Assembly (NCBI GenBank): GCA_964016885.1
Contig: OZ024743.1
Location: 328,848,001 to 328,912,000 of the forward strand
Reading direction: 5' to 3'
Source of the DNA: Eledone cirrhosa
Taxonomy: Eukaryota
DNA: 64,000 nucleotides
Below are positions 1-11,790 of this stretch, piece by piece; the stretch's first letter is position 1; each line of letters opens with the position of its first letter. Position numbers and translations under genes: made by a program. The notes under the pieces were generated by a model, which did no database searches, had not been told where the DNA came from, and worked only from the letters and a program-made list of their open reading frames with translations.

Positions 1-247
1 ATGTTAGTATAACCAACTACCATCGTAGTCACAGGAAAACATGACGAGATTTAGAGCTAAAAGAATATATCTAATAAACTCTTGCTGAAAACATTCTTCC
101 TAATGATCCTTGAATCCTTGATTTTATTTTCCTGAACTTTCCCCCCTGGCCCCAGGCAGTGCCAGATTTCATTTTACATTTTAATACAATAATTTTCTTC
201 CATATTTTGATTTGATTATCAAACATATATAATCCGTTTGTTTGTTC

Positions 248-330
<83 letters not shown>

Positions 331-332
<2 letters not shown>

Positions 333-517
333 AGTTTATCCTGGGTTCAATCGGAGGTAACCACAGTAAGTAAGGTACTCAATACATAGCAGAGTATAAA
401 TATTTAATATAGAAATGGCTTCTACAGGACTAGAACTGTTTCATTCGGGAGAAATCATCATGAAGCTTCCTTATGATTTCCCCCGAATAAAACAGTTCTA
501 GTCTTGTAGATGCCATT

Positions 518-526
<9 letters not shown>
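331..526. mobile_element. Short fold-back element (inverted arms ~405-459 / ~470-526) with degenerate hammerhead core; probably PLE pseudo-LTR derived
   Basis: TAATATAGAAATGGCTTCTACAGGACTAGAACTGTTTCATTCGGG is mirrored by CCCGAATAAAACAGTTCTAGTCTTGTAGATGCCATTTCTATATTA. The minus strand reads (A)TGATGA-TTTC-TCCC-GAAT-GAAA-CAGTT. Flanked by (TA)n; related non-palindromic copy at ~36778-36880. Confidence 0.6.
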
Positions 527-599
<73 letters not shown>

Positions 600-649
600 G
601 TATATTTATATATATATATATATATTTATATACATATATATATATATAC

Positions 650-865
650 AATACAAGGGCGAATGGTTACAGCTTCATTACGTTTATTGGTTGGTGACGC
701 GTGTTTCGCTACTGATCAGCTCAAGGTTCGATCTGTATCGATTTGGCCCGACTCTGGCATCAAAAGCTCGTCGGACCTCTGTAGTAGCCGTCGAACTGAT
801 CAACAGCGAAACGCGCGTCACCAATCAATAAATGTAATGAAGGAGTAACCACTCGTCCTGGTATT
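650..865. mobile_element. Fold-back element with hammerhead motif (same family as 55757-55880)
   Basis: Arms ~650-722 and ~793-865 are imperfect reverse complements. Minus strand: GGT-CCGACGA-GC...GC-GAAA-CACGCG-TC-ACC. The plus arm has GAAACGCGCGTCACC. Confidence 0.7.
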
Positions 866-870
866 ATTAT

Positions 871-1058
871 ATGGATTGGCAGTATCGGTAGAGGGTTGGA
901 TACCATGCTTTGTAGCATAGAGTTACGACCCTTTACAGTCTGAGTTCAAATCCCGTCGGGGTTAACTTTGCCTTTCATCCTTACAGGGTCGATAAAATAA
1001 AGTACCAGTAATGCACTGGGATAATTGCTGGTCTTGTGCCAAAAGTAGAAACAATTAT
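871..1058 (+). mobile_element. tRNA-derived SINE (family 1)
   Basis: A-box-like TGGCAGTATCGG, B-box GAGTTCAAATCC, body CTTTGCCTTTCATCC...GTCGATAAAATAAAGTACCAGT, tail GTAGAAACAATT; more than 10 copies in the window. Confidence 0.9.
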
Positions 1059-1158
1059 AATATTACACTCTGTCTAGCTCTACACCTCTATACTGACGTG
1101 AACCTAAACATCGAGTGGTCACCTCTGTGAACCCACAGTTACTCCACGTTACTCTCCT

Positions 1159-1217
<59 letters not shown>

Positions 1218-1291
1218 AAAAGGTAAACAGAAATAACAACACAATCGGTACAGTATATGGAAAGTTAACGCTTGAAATAGAAGGAAGAGGG

Positions 1292-1328
1292 TCTTAACGT
1301 TTCGGACACTAGGTCCTTCATCAGAAGA
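1292..1328 (-). ncRNA. Minimal type I hammerhead ribozyme in a ~210-bp repeat (1218-1425)
   Basis: Reverse complement: TCTT-CTGATGA-A-GGAC-CTAGT-GTCC-GAAA-CG-TT-AAGA. Stem I TCTT/AAGA, stem II GGAC/GTCC, palindromic stem III ACGT. Confidence 0.8.
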
Positions 1329-1791
1329 AAGAATCAGAAATAAGATAGATTGAAGGGACGGGCGGGTTGGAATTAGAAAAAAATGTCTTTAGATAAAAAT
1401 AACAGGTCCATTCATGTTGACATCTAGAAAACTATATTATTTTCCTTTGTTAACACTTTGAATTTGCCCGCCAAAAACCGGGGGTTACTTCCCTTGTTGG
1501 AAATAACACGTGACAACGAAAGACTGAAGACTGTCTATTGCAGCAGTCGTCATTGAGTTTCACACCGGCTTGAGGCATAGAACGAAATACCTGTCGATGA
1601 CGTGAATCCTCTGTTGGATCATAGAATACCACAAGCTTACGTGTTACGTAAGTTGGATTGATGGTTTCGGATTCATAGAAACATATCGGACGTATTGAAA
1701 AATATCGTTCGATTTGTCCAGGTCTGTTGTCTAACTTGATTAGTTTTTTCGTTGTTTTGGTATTGTATGGCTGGGTTTTGCCTGCCGTAAT

Positions 1792-1928
1792 TTTCAATTT
1801 GTCAAGCTATCTAAACGTATGTTATTACTCTGAGGGCCTACCTTATTGAGTGCTTTGCTATTCATTCCTAATTGTAGGTCGATTTTGCTTGGCCGCAGCC
1901 AAAGCTTCGATTTTACTAAGCTTCCACT

Positions 1929-1931
<3 letters not shown>
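1792..1931. repeat. ~140-bp interspersed element abutting (TA)n; other copies at 5823-6093 (SINE-interrupted) and 56392-56530 (inverted)
   Basis: All three share TTCAA(T)TTG...GTTATTACTCT...CTTCGATTTTACTAA(G/A)CTTCCA(C/T)TTGTATA. Confidence 0.8.
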
Positions 1932-2000
<69 letters not shown>

Positions 2001-2234
2001 TATCCAGTGTTAAACTAATATTGTTTATTTTGTCTTTTCCGTTTGCCTTTCGCAGTAAAACCATTTGAAGAAGAGAACATCTCCAAAGTCAAGTCCATGA
2101 CTGATTTAGAAAAGTCTCGCAGAAACTCCTCTCATATAAAACAACTCTTGAAATAATCACTCGTTAACTTTCGCATGTTTGTCACTGGTTATTTAACTAT
2201 AGATATGGACAATAAAAATAGACAATCGTTGAAG

Positions 2235-2551
2235 CAATGCTTCCCAAACATTTTTTTTAAATTCACGGCGTCCTTTAGAACAAATAAAATATTTTGGTGA
2301 ACTTTGTACCTAACTTCGAATATTTATTTAAATGAAGTATTTATACATTTTGGCAATGTTTTCATTGTTAGTTAAGTTAATCCCCACTTTGACAATTATA
2401 GATGAACTTTATTACGATTTTCAAGTTGTAGTTTTCAATATTTTGAATAGGAACTTGCTCTTTTGCAGCACACATGACAACATCTCGTGGGGCACCTAAT
2501 TACATTTCAAGACATGCCAATGTGCCGTGACACACAGTTTAGGAATAACTA
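2235..2551. mobile_element. Degenerate hAT-like MITE
   Basis: Termini CAATGCTTCCCAAAC / GTTTAGGAATAACTA are imperfect TIRs; 8-bp flanks CGTTGAAG / CCTTAAAG resemble a decayed TSD. Confidence 0.5.
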
Positions 2552-2989
2552 CCTTAAAGCAACGGATTAAATAACTCGTGATATTTGATCCGGCTCTCTG
2601 CTCTCAGAGTTCAAATCCACCCGTCCCTAGGTCAGCTTTACCTTTCATCCTTTTAAAGTGGTTAAATTTCAATAAAATAACAGTCAAGGAGTGCTGAATG
2701 AATGACAAAATGCTTGGCTGTAATTGTTCAGGCACTTCACGTTTCGAGTTCAAATTCCACACGTTGGCCAGCCCGTGCTTGACCAGCGTGGAAAGGCAGG
2801 TCGAAACCACCATAGGCGTCTAGGCTTCATCCTACAATGAATTGGAGACTTATAAAGTAACATACAAACAAATGATGTACAGATGTCATACCACATTATT
2901 TTCACTTTAATTCTTTCAAAAGAAAAAAGTCTTGTGGCAATGGACAAATGGCAAACCATTCCGACTGAATCAGCTGGAAGTTCAAAATC

Positions 2990-3194
2990 TTAACCATTTT
3001 GATACAAACCCGGCTAAAATCTGATGTAGTTCTATGAAATCAAACCAACCATTTAAAATCTATCATAGTTTTATGTAAAAATATTTGATAAATTACTATT
3101 GCGGCGATGATATAATTAATAATTTTAGTAAATCTCCCCAAATTATTCATTAGTTAATTGAAATTGTGTATTTTATTGGCCATGGAAGGGTTAA
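2990..3194. mobile_element. Possible piggyBac-like MITE
   Basis: Bounded by TTAACCATTT ... GAAGGGTTAA (TTAA flanks, short imperfect TIR). Confidence 0.3.
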
Positions 3195-4349
3195 ACGTTA
3201 AAGAGCAGGTGGGTGTATAATAATAAACATTAACAGTGGGTATATAATAGTGAATGTCTTTACCCTTTATATATGAGTGTTTATTCATGTATGCGAGAAG
3301 TTATATACGTACGTATACATATATTTCTGCTTCTGTTGTTGTATAATCCCAGATCAATTCTGAACAACCAGGTAATATTCTCAAAGGCATTCCAGCCATA
3401 CCCACCCCGTTTTATTTTCATACATTGTATCTAAGGCCACACTATTCCAGACCTGCCAACCTCTAAATACCCAAACGGGGAGTGCCATGAAAAAAGTGCC
3501 CCAAACCGGGGACCAATAAGGCAAAATGAGAAGATTTTACATAATGAAAGCTATACCCATTTTCACAAGAAAAGACATCTCTCACCCACCCTAAAGAGTG
3601 GGGAGGGGAGATCCCCGACGGACGGGGAAAGTTTACCGGTTTGTTGTTCCACATGTTCTTTTTTAATAGATCAGGATACGATTAATCGTTATGTCCCTCA
3701 GTTTTTAAATTAGTATTGTATTTAGTTGCTTTTTCTAGCATATCTTACAACCACGTGGTGTTTAAGTAGGAACTCCTCTGACAGCCGCCTTAATTTCATC
3801 TTCCTCAACATTTAAACCTCTCATCTCCACCCCGCTGACAAAATCACTAAAAACTTACAGAAAAACATCGGCTCAAGCCTCAAGACCGAAACAGTAATTT
3901 AATATCAGGTGCTCTGAACACAAATCTATTTAAAATATTATTAGCAGTATCTGGTTAATTAATGCAGCATAACATTTTAATTAATATTGCTTAATGCAAA
4001 CACGTGCATAACTATATCTTTTGTTTTGTTTTTTGTTTTTTTAAATTAAAGATTCATTATTTTTCTCAGCACATACGCACTCCCACCGGTTCTTATGCAC
4101 TTTGCAATCCCACCCCCCGGCACGGAAAAGATTCCTCCCACCATGGTGCACAGCAGAGCATTCTATGCTTTTCATATTGGCCAAACACTTTCAAAAGATT
4201 AACATTTTCCGTGACTAGTTAAGTTTTGGTAGCGACAAGAAATTAACAAAACAGTTAAATGACATCAATCACGTGTCTATTCCTCCACCTCCTTCTCCTC
4301 CTCATCTTCCTGTAGCTGGTACAGCGTGTTGTTCGGGTGCCACCCTGAA

Positions 4350-4750
4350 TATTCTGGCAATCAGTAGTCGCTGTTGATTCTTGCCCCCCCCCCCCCCCCA
4401 CATCATACACAGAAGGGTCACAGTGTTGTCACCTCACCAGTCTTTGATGTTGTCACTTGACCAGTCCTTGATATTGTCAGATCAACTCTGGCAGTCAGCA
4501 GTCCCCGTTCATCTCTGTTCCACCTCATACATAGAAGGATCGTAGTGATGTCAACTGACCAGCCCTTGATGTTGTCAGATCAACTCTGGCAGTCAGCAGT
4601 CCCCGTTCATCTCTGTTCCACCTCATACATAGAAGGATCGTAGTGATGTCAACTGACCAGCCCTTGATGTTGTCAGATCAACTCTGGCAGTCAGCAGTCA
4701 CCGCTTCCTTCTATCCTCCATCATACACTGAACGGTCGTGGTGTCGTGAC
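4350..4750. repeat. ~99-bp tandem repeat, ~3-4 copies
   Basis: GTCAGATCAACTCTGGCAGTCAGCAGTC recurs at ~4475, ~4574 and ~4673. Confidence 0.85.
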
Positions 4751-4962
4751 CAAGATTTTATTTTATTTTATTTGTTTTTCTTCAACCCATTTCCATTGCA
4801 CCGTAGAGAATCTCATAAACACTTCCCATTATGTGAGCCCTTAACTTCTGATGAAATCGTAGGGACGTCATCGTAAAATACAGTGTCACGAGCATTTAAA
4901 CTTAACTGGAACGCAGCTGATTTCTTCCAAAGAAAAAGTTAGAGATAAATAAAGACAGATAG

Positions 4963-5051
<89 letters not shown>

Positions 5052-5055
<4 letters not shown>

Positions 5056-5747
5056 GAAAAGTATAGAAATTGTTGTAGCGAGAAGCTAACAGTATTCCAT
5101 AACATATATGTGACTATAGCGTCAAAATGGGAAAAATAATTCAGACTCAATTCAAAAGGAATCAGGATATAGATTTATCCAACAGAATTTAGAGAAATCC
5201 AGGGAAAAATCAATAGAGCCTTAACTCATGATAAAACAAAGTCTAAATACTCAACCTTCAATTTGGGACAAGTTCAAATGCTCTGTATAGTCTTGAAAAG
5301 ACTATTTCACGAAAACTTTCAGTGGAGATGGTCACGGTTGGATTTCGTTCGTCAGCAGAGCTCAACATGGTAACCAAGGTCTCACTGGTAATATGCCAAA
5401 AAGGGAATTTAAAAGCAGGCTAGTTTAACATCATGCGTGGTTATTAAAATAAACGCACATGTGGAAAAACAGGGCTGGTGACGTCAGAATGAGACAAATG
5501 TTTGTTTACATGAAACAACAGTCAAAAACATTCCGAAAGAAAACTCTACAAAAGGAGTTCAGCAAAAAGCAATATCATCGCGGTCTTTTTCCAAAAAAAA
5601 TACCGGGATTAGTCACAAATAATTTAAGCACTCTAAGAAATAAATCCGAGTATATATATATATAAATGAAAAGTATAGAAATTGTTGTAGCGAGAAGCTA
5701 ACAGTATTCCATAACATATATGTGACTATAGCGTCAAAATGGGAAAA
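5052..5747 (-). mobile_element. Retrozyme-like non-autonomous element: 612-bp unit plus 84-bp terminal direct repeat, containing a complete hammerhead
   Basis: 5052-5135 is identical to 5664-5747, and each copy is preceded by (TA)n. HHR at 5280-5361 on the minus strand; no meaningful ORF. Confidence 0.65.
5280..5361 (-). ncRNA. Complete type I hammerhead ribozyme
   Basis: Reverse complement: GCTCTG-CTGACGA-ACGAAA-(28 nt)-TTTCGT-GAAA-TAGTCTT-TTC-AAGACTA-TA^CAGAGC. Perfect 6-bp stem I, 6-bp stem II, 7-bp stem III plus the A-U pair, AUA cleavage triplet. Confidence 0.9.
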
Positions 5748-5854
5748 TAGTTAACATAAGATATGGGATATATATATATACATATATGCTTCGGTGTTGT
5801 GGCTAGGCTTGCCTGCCACAGTTTTCAAATTGACCTGCTATCTAACGTATGTTA

Positions 5855-5992
5855 TTACGTCCCTTTACGATCTGAGTTCAAATCCCGCCGAGGTTGACTT
5901 TGCCTTTCATCCTTACGGGGTCGATAAAATAAAGTACCAGTAATGCACTGGGTAATTGCTGGCCTTGTGCCTAAAGTAGAAACAGTTATTAC
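5855..5992 (+). mobile_element. 5'-truncated SINE family 1 nested in the 140-bp element
   Basis: B-box, body and tail are present; GTTATTAC is duplicated at 5851-5858 and 5985-5992. Confidence 0.85.
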
Positions 5993-6404
5993 TCTGAGCA
6001 CAACCTCATCGAGTGCTTGGCTGCGTAATTCCTGATTGTTTATCGTTAGCTTGGCCACAGCCGAAACTTCGATTTTACTAAACTTCCATTTGTATATATA
6101 TATATATATATATAACAATCAGCTATCCACGAAATTCTGATTAGTTAGCACCCCAAACACTAAATTGGGAAAATACTTAGGTATATCCTAATGTTGAGTG
6201 AGATGGAGTTGATCAGAGTATCGCTTAAGGCTTTCTCTGTTAATGTATTAAATATATATATATATATATATATATATTCATAGAGAGAAAGAGAGAAGGG
6301 GTGGGGAGAATGATGTGATCTGATGTGCTGGTATAAATGGTACAGCATGGCCGAGGTATGTTGCCGTGAGATATAATGGGGTGTCATTTAGTGATGCTGT
6401 AATG

Positions 6405-6550
6405 GGCGCCATATGGTTGTATGGTTAAGAAGCTTGATTCATGACTATGAGGTTTTGTGTTCAGATCCACTGCATGACACAGACAAATGGTCTGGACCTT
6501 ATGAGTCAAATTGAGTAGACAGAAATAATTTGGTGGAATCCTATCAAATG
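6405..6550 (+). mobile_element. Degenerate tRNA-derived SINE (other family)
   Basis: TGGTTGTATGGTTAAGAAGCTT...GTTCAGATCCACTGCATG; related minus-strand remnants at ~50630-50770 and ~52615-52765. Confidence 0.45.
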
Positions 6551-6561
6551 GACAGTATATG

Positions 6562-7193
6562 TACTCTAGAGTCTTGAATAATCCCTCACCCCGCTTATTT
6601 TTTCAGCCCCCCCAGCTTATTTTTTCAGCCACCCCCGCTTATTAAATTTTGCTAATCTATCTCCGGCGAAATTTTATTTTAAGTGGTAGCATTCCTGCGA
6701 CAATTAATTTTCTTTAGAAATTAATAAAACATTATATATGACAAATGGCGGTGGATTGGCACTATCGGTAGAGGGTCGGACGCCATGCTTTAACGCATAG
6801 AGTTACGTCCCTTTTTATGGTCGGAGTTCAAATCCTGCCGAGGTTAACTTTGCCTTTCATCCTTACGGGGTCGATAAAATAAAGTACCAGTAACGCACTG
6901 GGGTAATTGCTGGCCTTGTCCCAAAAGTAGAAACAATTATACATGACAAAAAAGTATATTGCAAGACCTCCCATGTTATAAGATAGGATGGGTTGGGGTT
7001 CCAATATGGAAACTAAACGCTTAATTCTGTTTTTTTTTTAAATTCAACGAAGACAACCTAGAAAAATTATTAATTTTTCATCACCCCTGCCCCGCTTACC
7101 CCCCTCCCCAACCATTTATGCCAACCCCTGTCCCGCTTATTCCCACTCCCTGTTTATTCCACCCTGTCCCCTATTATCTGGGATCCGAGAATA
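6562..7193. mobile_element. Possible Tc1/pogo-like MITE containing a SINE
   Basis: TACTCTAGAGTCTTGAATAAT and ATTATCTGGGATCCGAGAATA are weak TIRs; subterminal CCCCGCTTA repeats at both ends. Confidence 0.35.
6747..6940 (+). mobile_element. Full-length SINE family 1
   Basis: GGCGGTGGATTGGCA start, B-box and tail; TSD ATTATA(T/C)ATGACAAA. Confidence 0.9.
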
Positions 7194-7199
7194 ATTGAA

Positions 7200-7370
7200 A
7201 GTGCCAGCTTTGTCACATATCGTGCCTAGCCAAATTTCTCCGAATATTCTCCGTTAAAGGGTACATGTATCCGTGGAATACTCAACCACTTACTCGTTAA
7301 TTTAATGAGCAGGCAGTTCCGTTGACTGAACAACTGGAACACAAATCGTCGAAAGCGACGGAAATCCATT
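7200..7370 (-). repeat. Interspersed repeat; related copy on the plus strand at ~50428-50605
   Basis: Shared motifs AAATTAACG..AAGTGG.TGAG.ATTC and CCTTAACG..., GTGACA.AGCTGG in opposite orientations. Confidence 0.6.
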
Positions 7371-7959
7371 TCTACTCTGTTTTGTTGTTTTTTAGTCTCT
7401 TATCAAAAGTTGAAGATGGAAAGGAGAGGGAGGGGAAGGAAGGGGAGGGGAAGGAGAGGGAGGAGAAGGAGAGGGGGGGGGGAGGGAGATAACAGTTACT
7501 GCACAACTTAACATTCTAGTTTTGTCTTCAATACCTATGGCTAGGTTTCTCGCTGTGTCTGTCTGTCTATGTGTGTGTGTGTGTTTGTATGTTTGTGTGT
7601 GTTTGTGTGTCTGTATATACGGAACTACCTTAGGAACTTACTCACGGACATACATTCACAAACATTTTTTTCCGAACCACGCCACCTACATCCATAAAAC
7701 GTATAAACACCAACACACACGTGCGTACCCCCCACATATATACACACTCAGCCTCCGGAATCCTCCCCACCCCTCTGACCCCTCCCCATCCACACGCACA
7801 CACACCGATCTACACCCCACCCCACACACACACCTTTTCCTGAACATGGAACCTCGTTCTTCCCCCAACTCTCACATACACACACACACGTACACCTACA
7901 CACATACACCACCTTCAGCCCTCCCCGCTCGGACACCCCGCCTCCCTCTCCCCACTCCA

Positions 7960-8239
7960 CCCGCCACCACCCCTACACGCCCCACATCCTTCCACCACTT
8001 GTTTATCTTCATGTTTATTTTTATTTTTATTTTTTTATTTTTTTTATTTTTCTTTGTACCCCCCCCCCCCCTTTCTAAATGTCTCTCCTCCACTCCCCTA
8101 CACACCCTCGGAACTCTCTTCCCACCCACTTTTCGCCTAAAGAAGGGCTTATGCCCGAAACGCCCCTCCCATTCTCAAGAGCGTGAAACTAATAAACCTT
8201 TGTTTGTACTGCCTCTCTCTTTTGTTCCCGTTCCATTTT

Positions 8240-8243
<4 letters not shown>
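7960..8243 (+). mobile_element. ~280-bp HHR-bearing repeat (family with 13802-13998 and 14311-14600); core mutated here (CTAAAGA)
   Basis: CTAAAGA-A-GGGC-TTAT-GCCC-GAAA-CG at ~8138-8162; ends at (TA)n. Confidence 0.7.
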
Positions 8244-8307
<64 letters not shown>

Positions 8308-8346
8308 GATAAGCAGAACAAGGGTACCCATGGGCATATTAACTTC

Positions 8347-8390
<44 letters not shown>

Positions 8391-8441
8391 TAAAATAACA
8401 GATTGCCCTCTTTGGATTTTAGTCTTCAAATTTATTATTAT

Positions 8442-9003
<562 letters not shown>

Positions 9004-9134
9004 CTTGACTCTGTATACCGTTTATCTTTCACCGAAAGTGATTTTTCATTACATCTCTTCTTTCCATGATATCCGGAATACATTGAGTTCTTCATACGGA
9101 TTGGACACTACCGTAAACTCTTGGTAGATTTATC

Positions 9135-9189
<55 letters not shown>

Positions 9190-9763
9190 CGGCGATGAAT
9201 TAGTTTAGCGAGGTTTTTTATATGAAATCGTGTGTCGAAACAGATATTGTTATATTTGGGGAGGGTCATATTTGCGTAATATTGCCAGAATTAATAACAG
9301 AACATCTCACTGTTTGGTTGGTTTTCGCTTCTCGCTGTCTTTTATATCTGCGATCTAACTTACTCGGTCCTCAATGTTGCCATTGACTGACCGGCGGTCA
9401 AAAATAATACAGGAACAATATAGACACAAACACATATATATAGTTTACATAATTTACATAAATCTTTCGTTGCACATCTGCAACATCGTCAGTGGTGTTA
9501 TATTCATTGTTCCTCCTGTTGTGTTGTATGTCTACGCCATTTTTTATTCAGTCTGTCTATATATTTATTTATTTATTTGCTTGTTTGTTTATCTTATTTT
9601 ATTTTGTCTTTATTTTGCGTGTGTGTATAGTGTTATGTGTGATGTGTGACTAGTGTGTATAGTGTTGTGTCTGCTGGGTGACTAGTGTGTGTTTATGTGC
9701 TTGTTGTTATTGTGCTTGTGTATGTATTTATTTATCTTATTTTATTTTATTTTATTTACTTAT

Positions 9764-11755
9764 TTATACTTCTCTTAGGTCAGTGTTGTTTGTTTGGGTG
9801 TTGTTGTTGTTCCACTCATTCTTTCTGTTTAGCTTTGTTCTTCTAATTTCTATTTCACTGGCCTCTCTGATTTGCCTATCTGCTGGGTCATTCCTATGTT
9901 TAGATATTATTCTAATTTCTATGTTGTCTATGTTACCGTCATGTTGTTGTCTAGCATGTTCGTATAGTACTGACCCGTTTTTTCGTCCTTTTAGTTCCCC
10001 CCAGTGTTGGTCTATCCTTTCACCTATGCTACGACCTGTCTCACCTATGTATGTTGTTGTCATGTTTCTGCAAGTACCCTCTGTACATCTTATGCTATAG
10101 ACTACGTTTCTAGTTTTACAGTTTATCCGGGGGTTCACCTTACATATGATAAATTTCCTATTGGTACAGTGGGTTTTCTTAAAAGGGTAGGTTTTGCTGA
10201 TCAGGGATTTTATGGTGGTTCCTGGCTTTTCTACCACTTTTATTTTTAAGTGGGTCTTTCTCAGGGCCTTTCTACACTGGTTAGCTAACTTCCCTCCAGG
10301 GGTGGCGTCCACAAACATGACACTCTGATATTTCTGGTTGTCGTACCATGATGTGGCCTTCCCTATCTTATGTCTAGCCCTATCTAAGCTATTCCATGAT
10401 TTGCTCCTGTATAGTGGGCAAATTCCTTTCATGTCCAGTTCTATGAGGGACTTATACTTTTCCATGGCTCCTTCGTATACTCTGACTCTGTCTCTTTGGT
10501 TGTAGCCAGAGAACTGCATGCGGTTGATGAAGTGTTGGATGTGTCTTTCCATTTCTGTTGGGTCGCACATGCTGGACACATTCTTCATCACTCGTACCAA
10601 ATCTGCGATCAGAATATTAAACTTAGCACTACTGGACATTGCTGAGTTTTTGAGTATCAGGTATTTGGAGGCCATGGGTTTAGCATAGTGTGAGTGGAGA
10701 ATTTGGGCTCTCTCGTCTATAGTGTTAATCCAGAGTTCTGTGTCTAATACAGGTAGTCTATTGTTAGGGTGTTTGGAAGGGAAGTCGATAGTTACAGTTA
10801 TACTCTGGTGTATGGAATTAGCTATCTGCTGGATGCTTTCCATCGTGCTACGTTCTAAATCAAACTTGTTAGTGCTCTCTAGTGGGGGTGTTCTTATAAC
10901 TATATTGATATCGTCTACATAACGAGAGTACATGGTGAGGTCTATGGAGCTTTCATTAAGGAGATCTTTAAGTCTCCTTTCCCACCATACCATGAAAAGG
11001 TTGGCAACATCACCAGCTATGCTGACGCCGATGGCTGCTCCCTCATTTTGGGTGTAGATTTTCTCATTGAACTTAAATATGTGGCCCTTTAGGGTAGTTT
11101 TGATACTAGCCCCTATTGCATGTGCGACCATTTTTCTTACCTGATCAGTGTTTTGGGGGGTCCGTATAGCTTTGGTCCACCCAATCCACCTTCCTATGGG
11201 AGTCTTTTTAGCCATTGAGGTTATGGTGGGGGGTCTACCTCTTATAGGTCTACTAGGGCAGAAACATCTAAGGTCATGGCTGTCTAGGTAGTCAGTGTCG
11301 TAGGTAAGTCTAAGTAGGAGGCCCAGTTCGTCTGTGTCGACGTCGCAGAACTCCACCTCACTCTCAATGATCATCTCCACACATCTTTTCACAGCAAAAT
11401 CAATGTTAATGGATGGGTACAGTGACACCACATCCATGCTGCCTATTATGCAGTTGGATAGGCTCCTGTTTTTGTTGCACTCACTGATTCTGCTGAGGAG
11501 GTCCTCTGTACTTTCACATACATCTGGGGACATCTTGATTATGGGACGTATAACCATTGAGAGGAAGTAGGAGATCCTGTAGTTGCTAGCTATATTAGCT
11601 CCGCATACGGGTCTTGTTGGTGGTCCTGTTGTCGGGTCGTCGACTGTCTTGTGGTCTTTGCGGAGCCCATACAAGGGTGGTATGCCATTGTTAGACGCCT
11701 GGAAGTTGTTGGCAGTGCGTCTGCTTGGCTTTAGGATGTCAGTCCACATCATCAT
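9764..11755 (-). CDS. PLE reverse transcriptase-GIY-YIG endonuclease (C-terminal 663 aa of a frameshifted ORF)
   Basis: RPVCGA, GSMDVVSLYPSI, QNEGAAIG, YSRYVDDI, LPVLD, Cys-containing linker, VVYSIRC...YIGETGRSIGERIDQH...HARQQH...READ-like E (IREASEI)...LNRKNE. Confidence 0.92.
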   Translation of the reverse strand: MMMWTDILKPSRRTANNFQASNNGIPPLYGLRKDHKTVDDPTTGPPTRPVCGANIASNYRISYFLSMVIRPIIKMSPDVCESTEDLLSRISECNKNRSLSNCIIGSMDVVSLYPSINIDFAVKRCVEMIIESEVEFCDVDTDELGLLLRLTYDTDYLDSHDLRCFCPSRPIRGRPPTITSMAKKTPIGRWIGWTKAIRTPQNTDQVRKMVAHAIGASIKTTLKGHIFKFNEKIYTQNEGAAIGVSIAGDVANLFMVWWERRLKDLLNESSIDLTMYSRYVDDINIVIRTPPLESTNKFDLERSTMESIQQIANSIHQSITVTIDFPSKHPNNRLPVLDTELWINTIDERAQILHSHYAKPMASKYLILKNSAMSSSAKFNILIADLVRVMKNVSSMCDPTEMERHIQHFINRMQFSGYNQRDRVRVYEGAMEKYKSLIELDMKGICPLYRSKSWNSLDRARHKIGKATSWYDNQKYQSVMFVDATPGGKLANQCRKALRKTHLKIKVVEKPGTTIKSLISKTYPFKKTHCTNRKFIICKVNPRINCKTRNVVYSIRCTEGTCRNMTTTYIGETGRSIGERIDQHWGELKGRKNGSVLYEHARQQHDGNIDNIEIRIISKHRNDPADRQIREASEIEIRRTKLNRKNEWNNNNTQTNNTDLREV

Positions 11756-11790
11756 GTGAGCGTTGAGGATTTTTTCTCTCCCATCGTGTG

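Noticed and set aside
1450-1797. 115-aa minus-strand ORF in non-repetitive sequence
   Set aside because: No recognisable motif or convincing exon structure.
3449-3643. Possible hAT-like MITE (CAGACCTGCCAAC ... GTTTACCGGTTTG)
   Set aside because: TIR match is poor and there is no clear 8-bp TSD.
4847-4890. CTGATGA motif as a hammerhead
   Set aside because: No properly placed GAAA or stems; likewise for the motifs at ~60015 (minus) and ~63727.
9764-11755. Selenoprotein-type (UGA-recoding) Naiad element
   Set aside because: No in-frame TGA in this copy, the ORF ends in TAA, and no SECIS was recognised.
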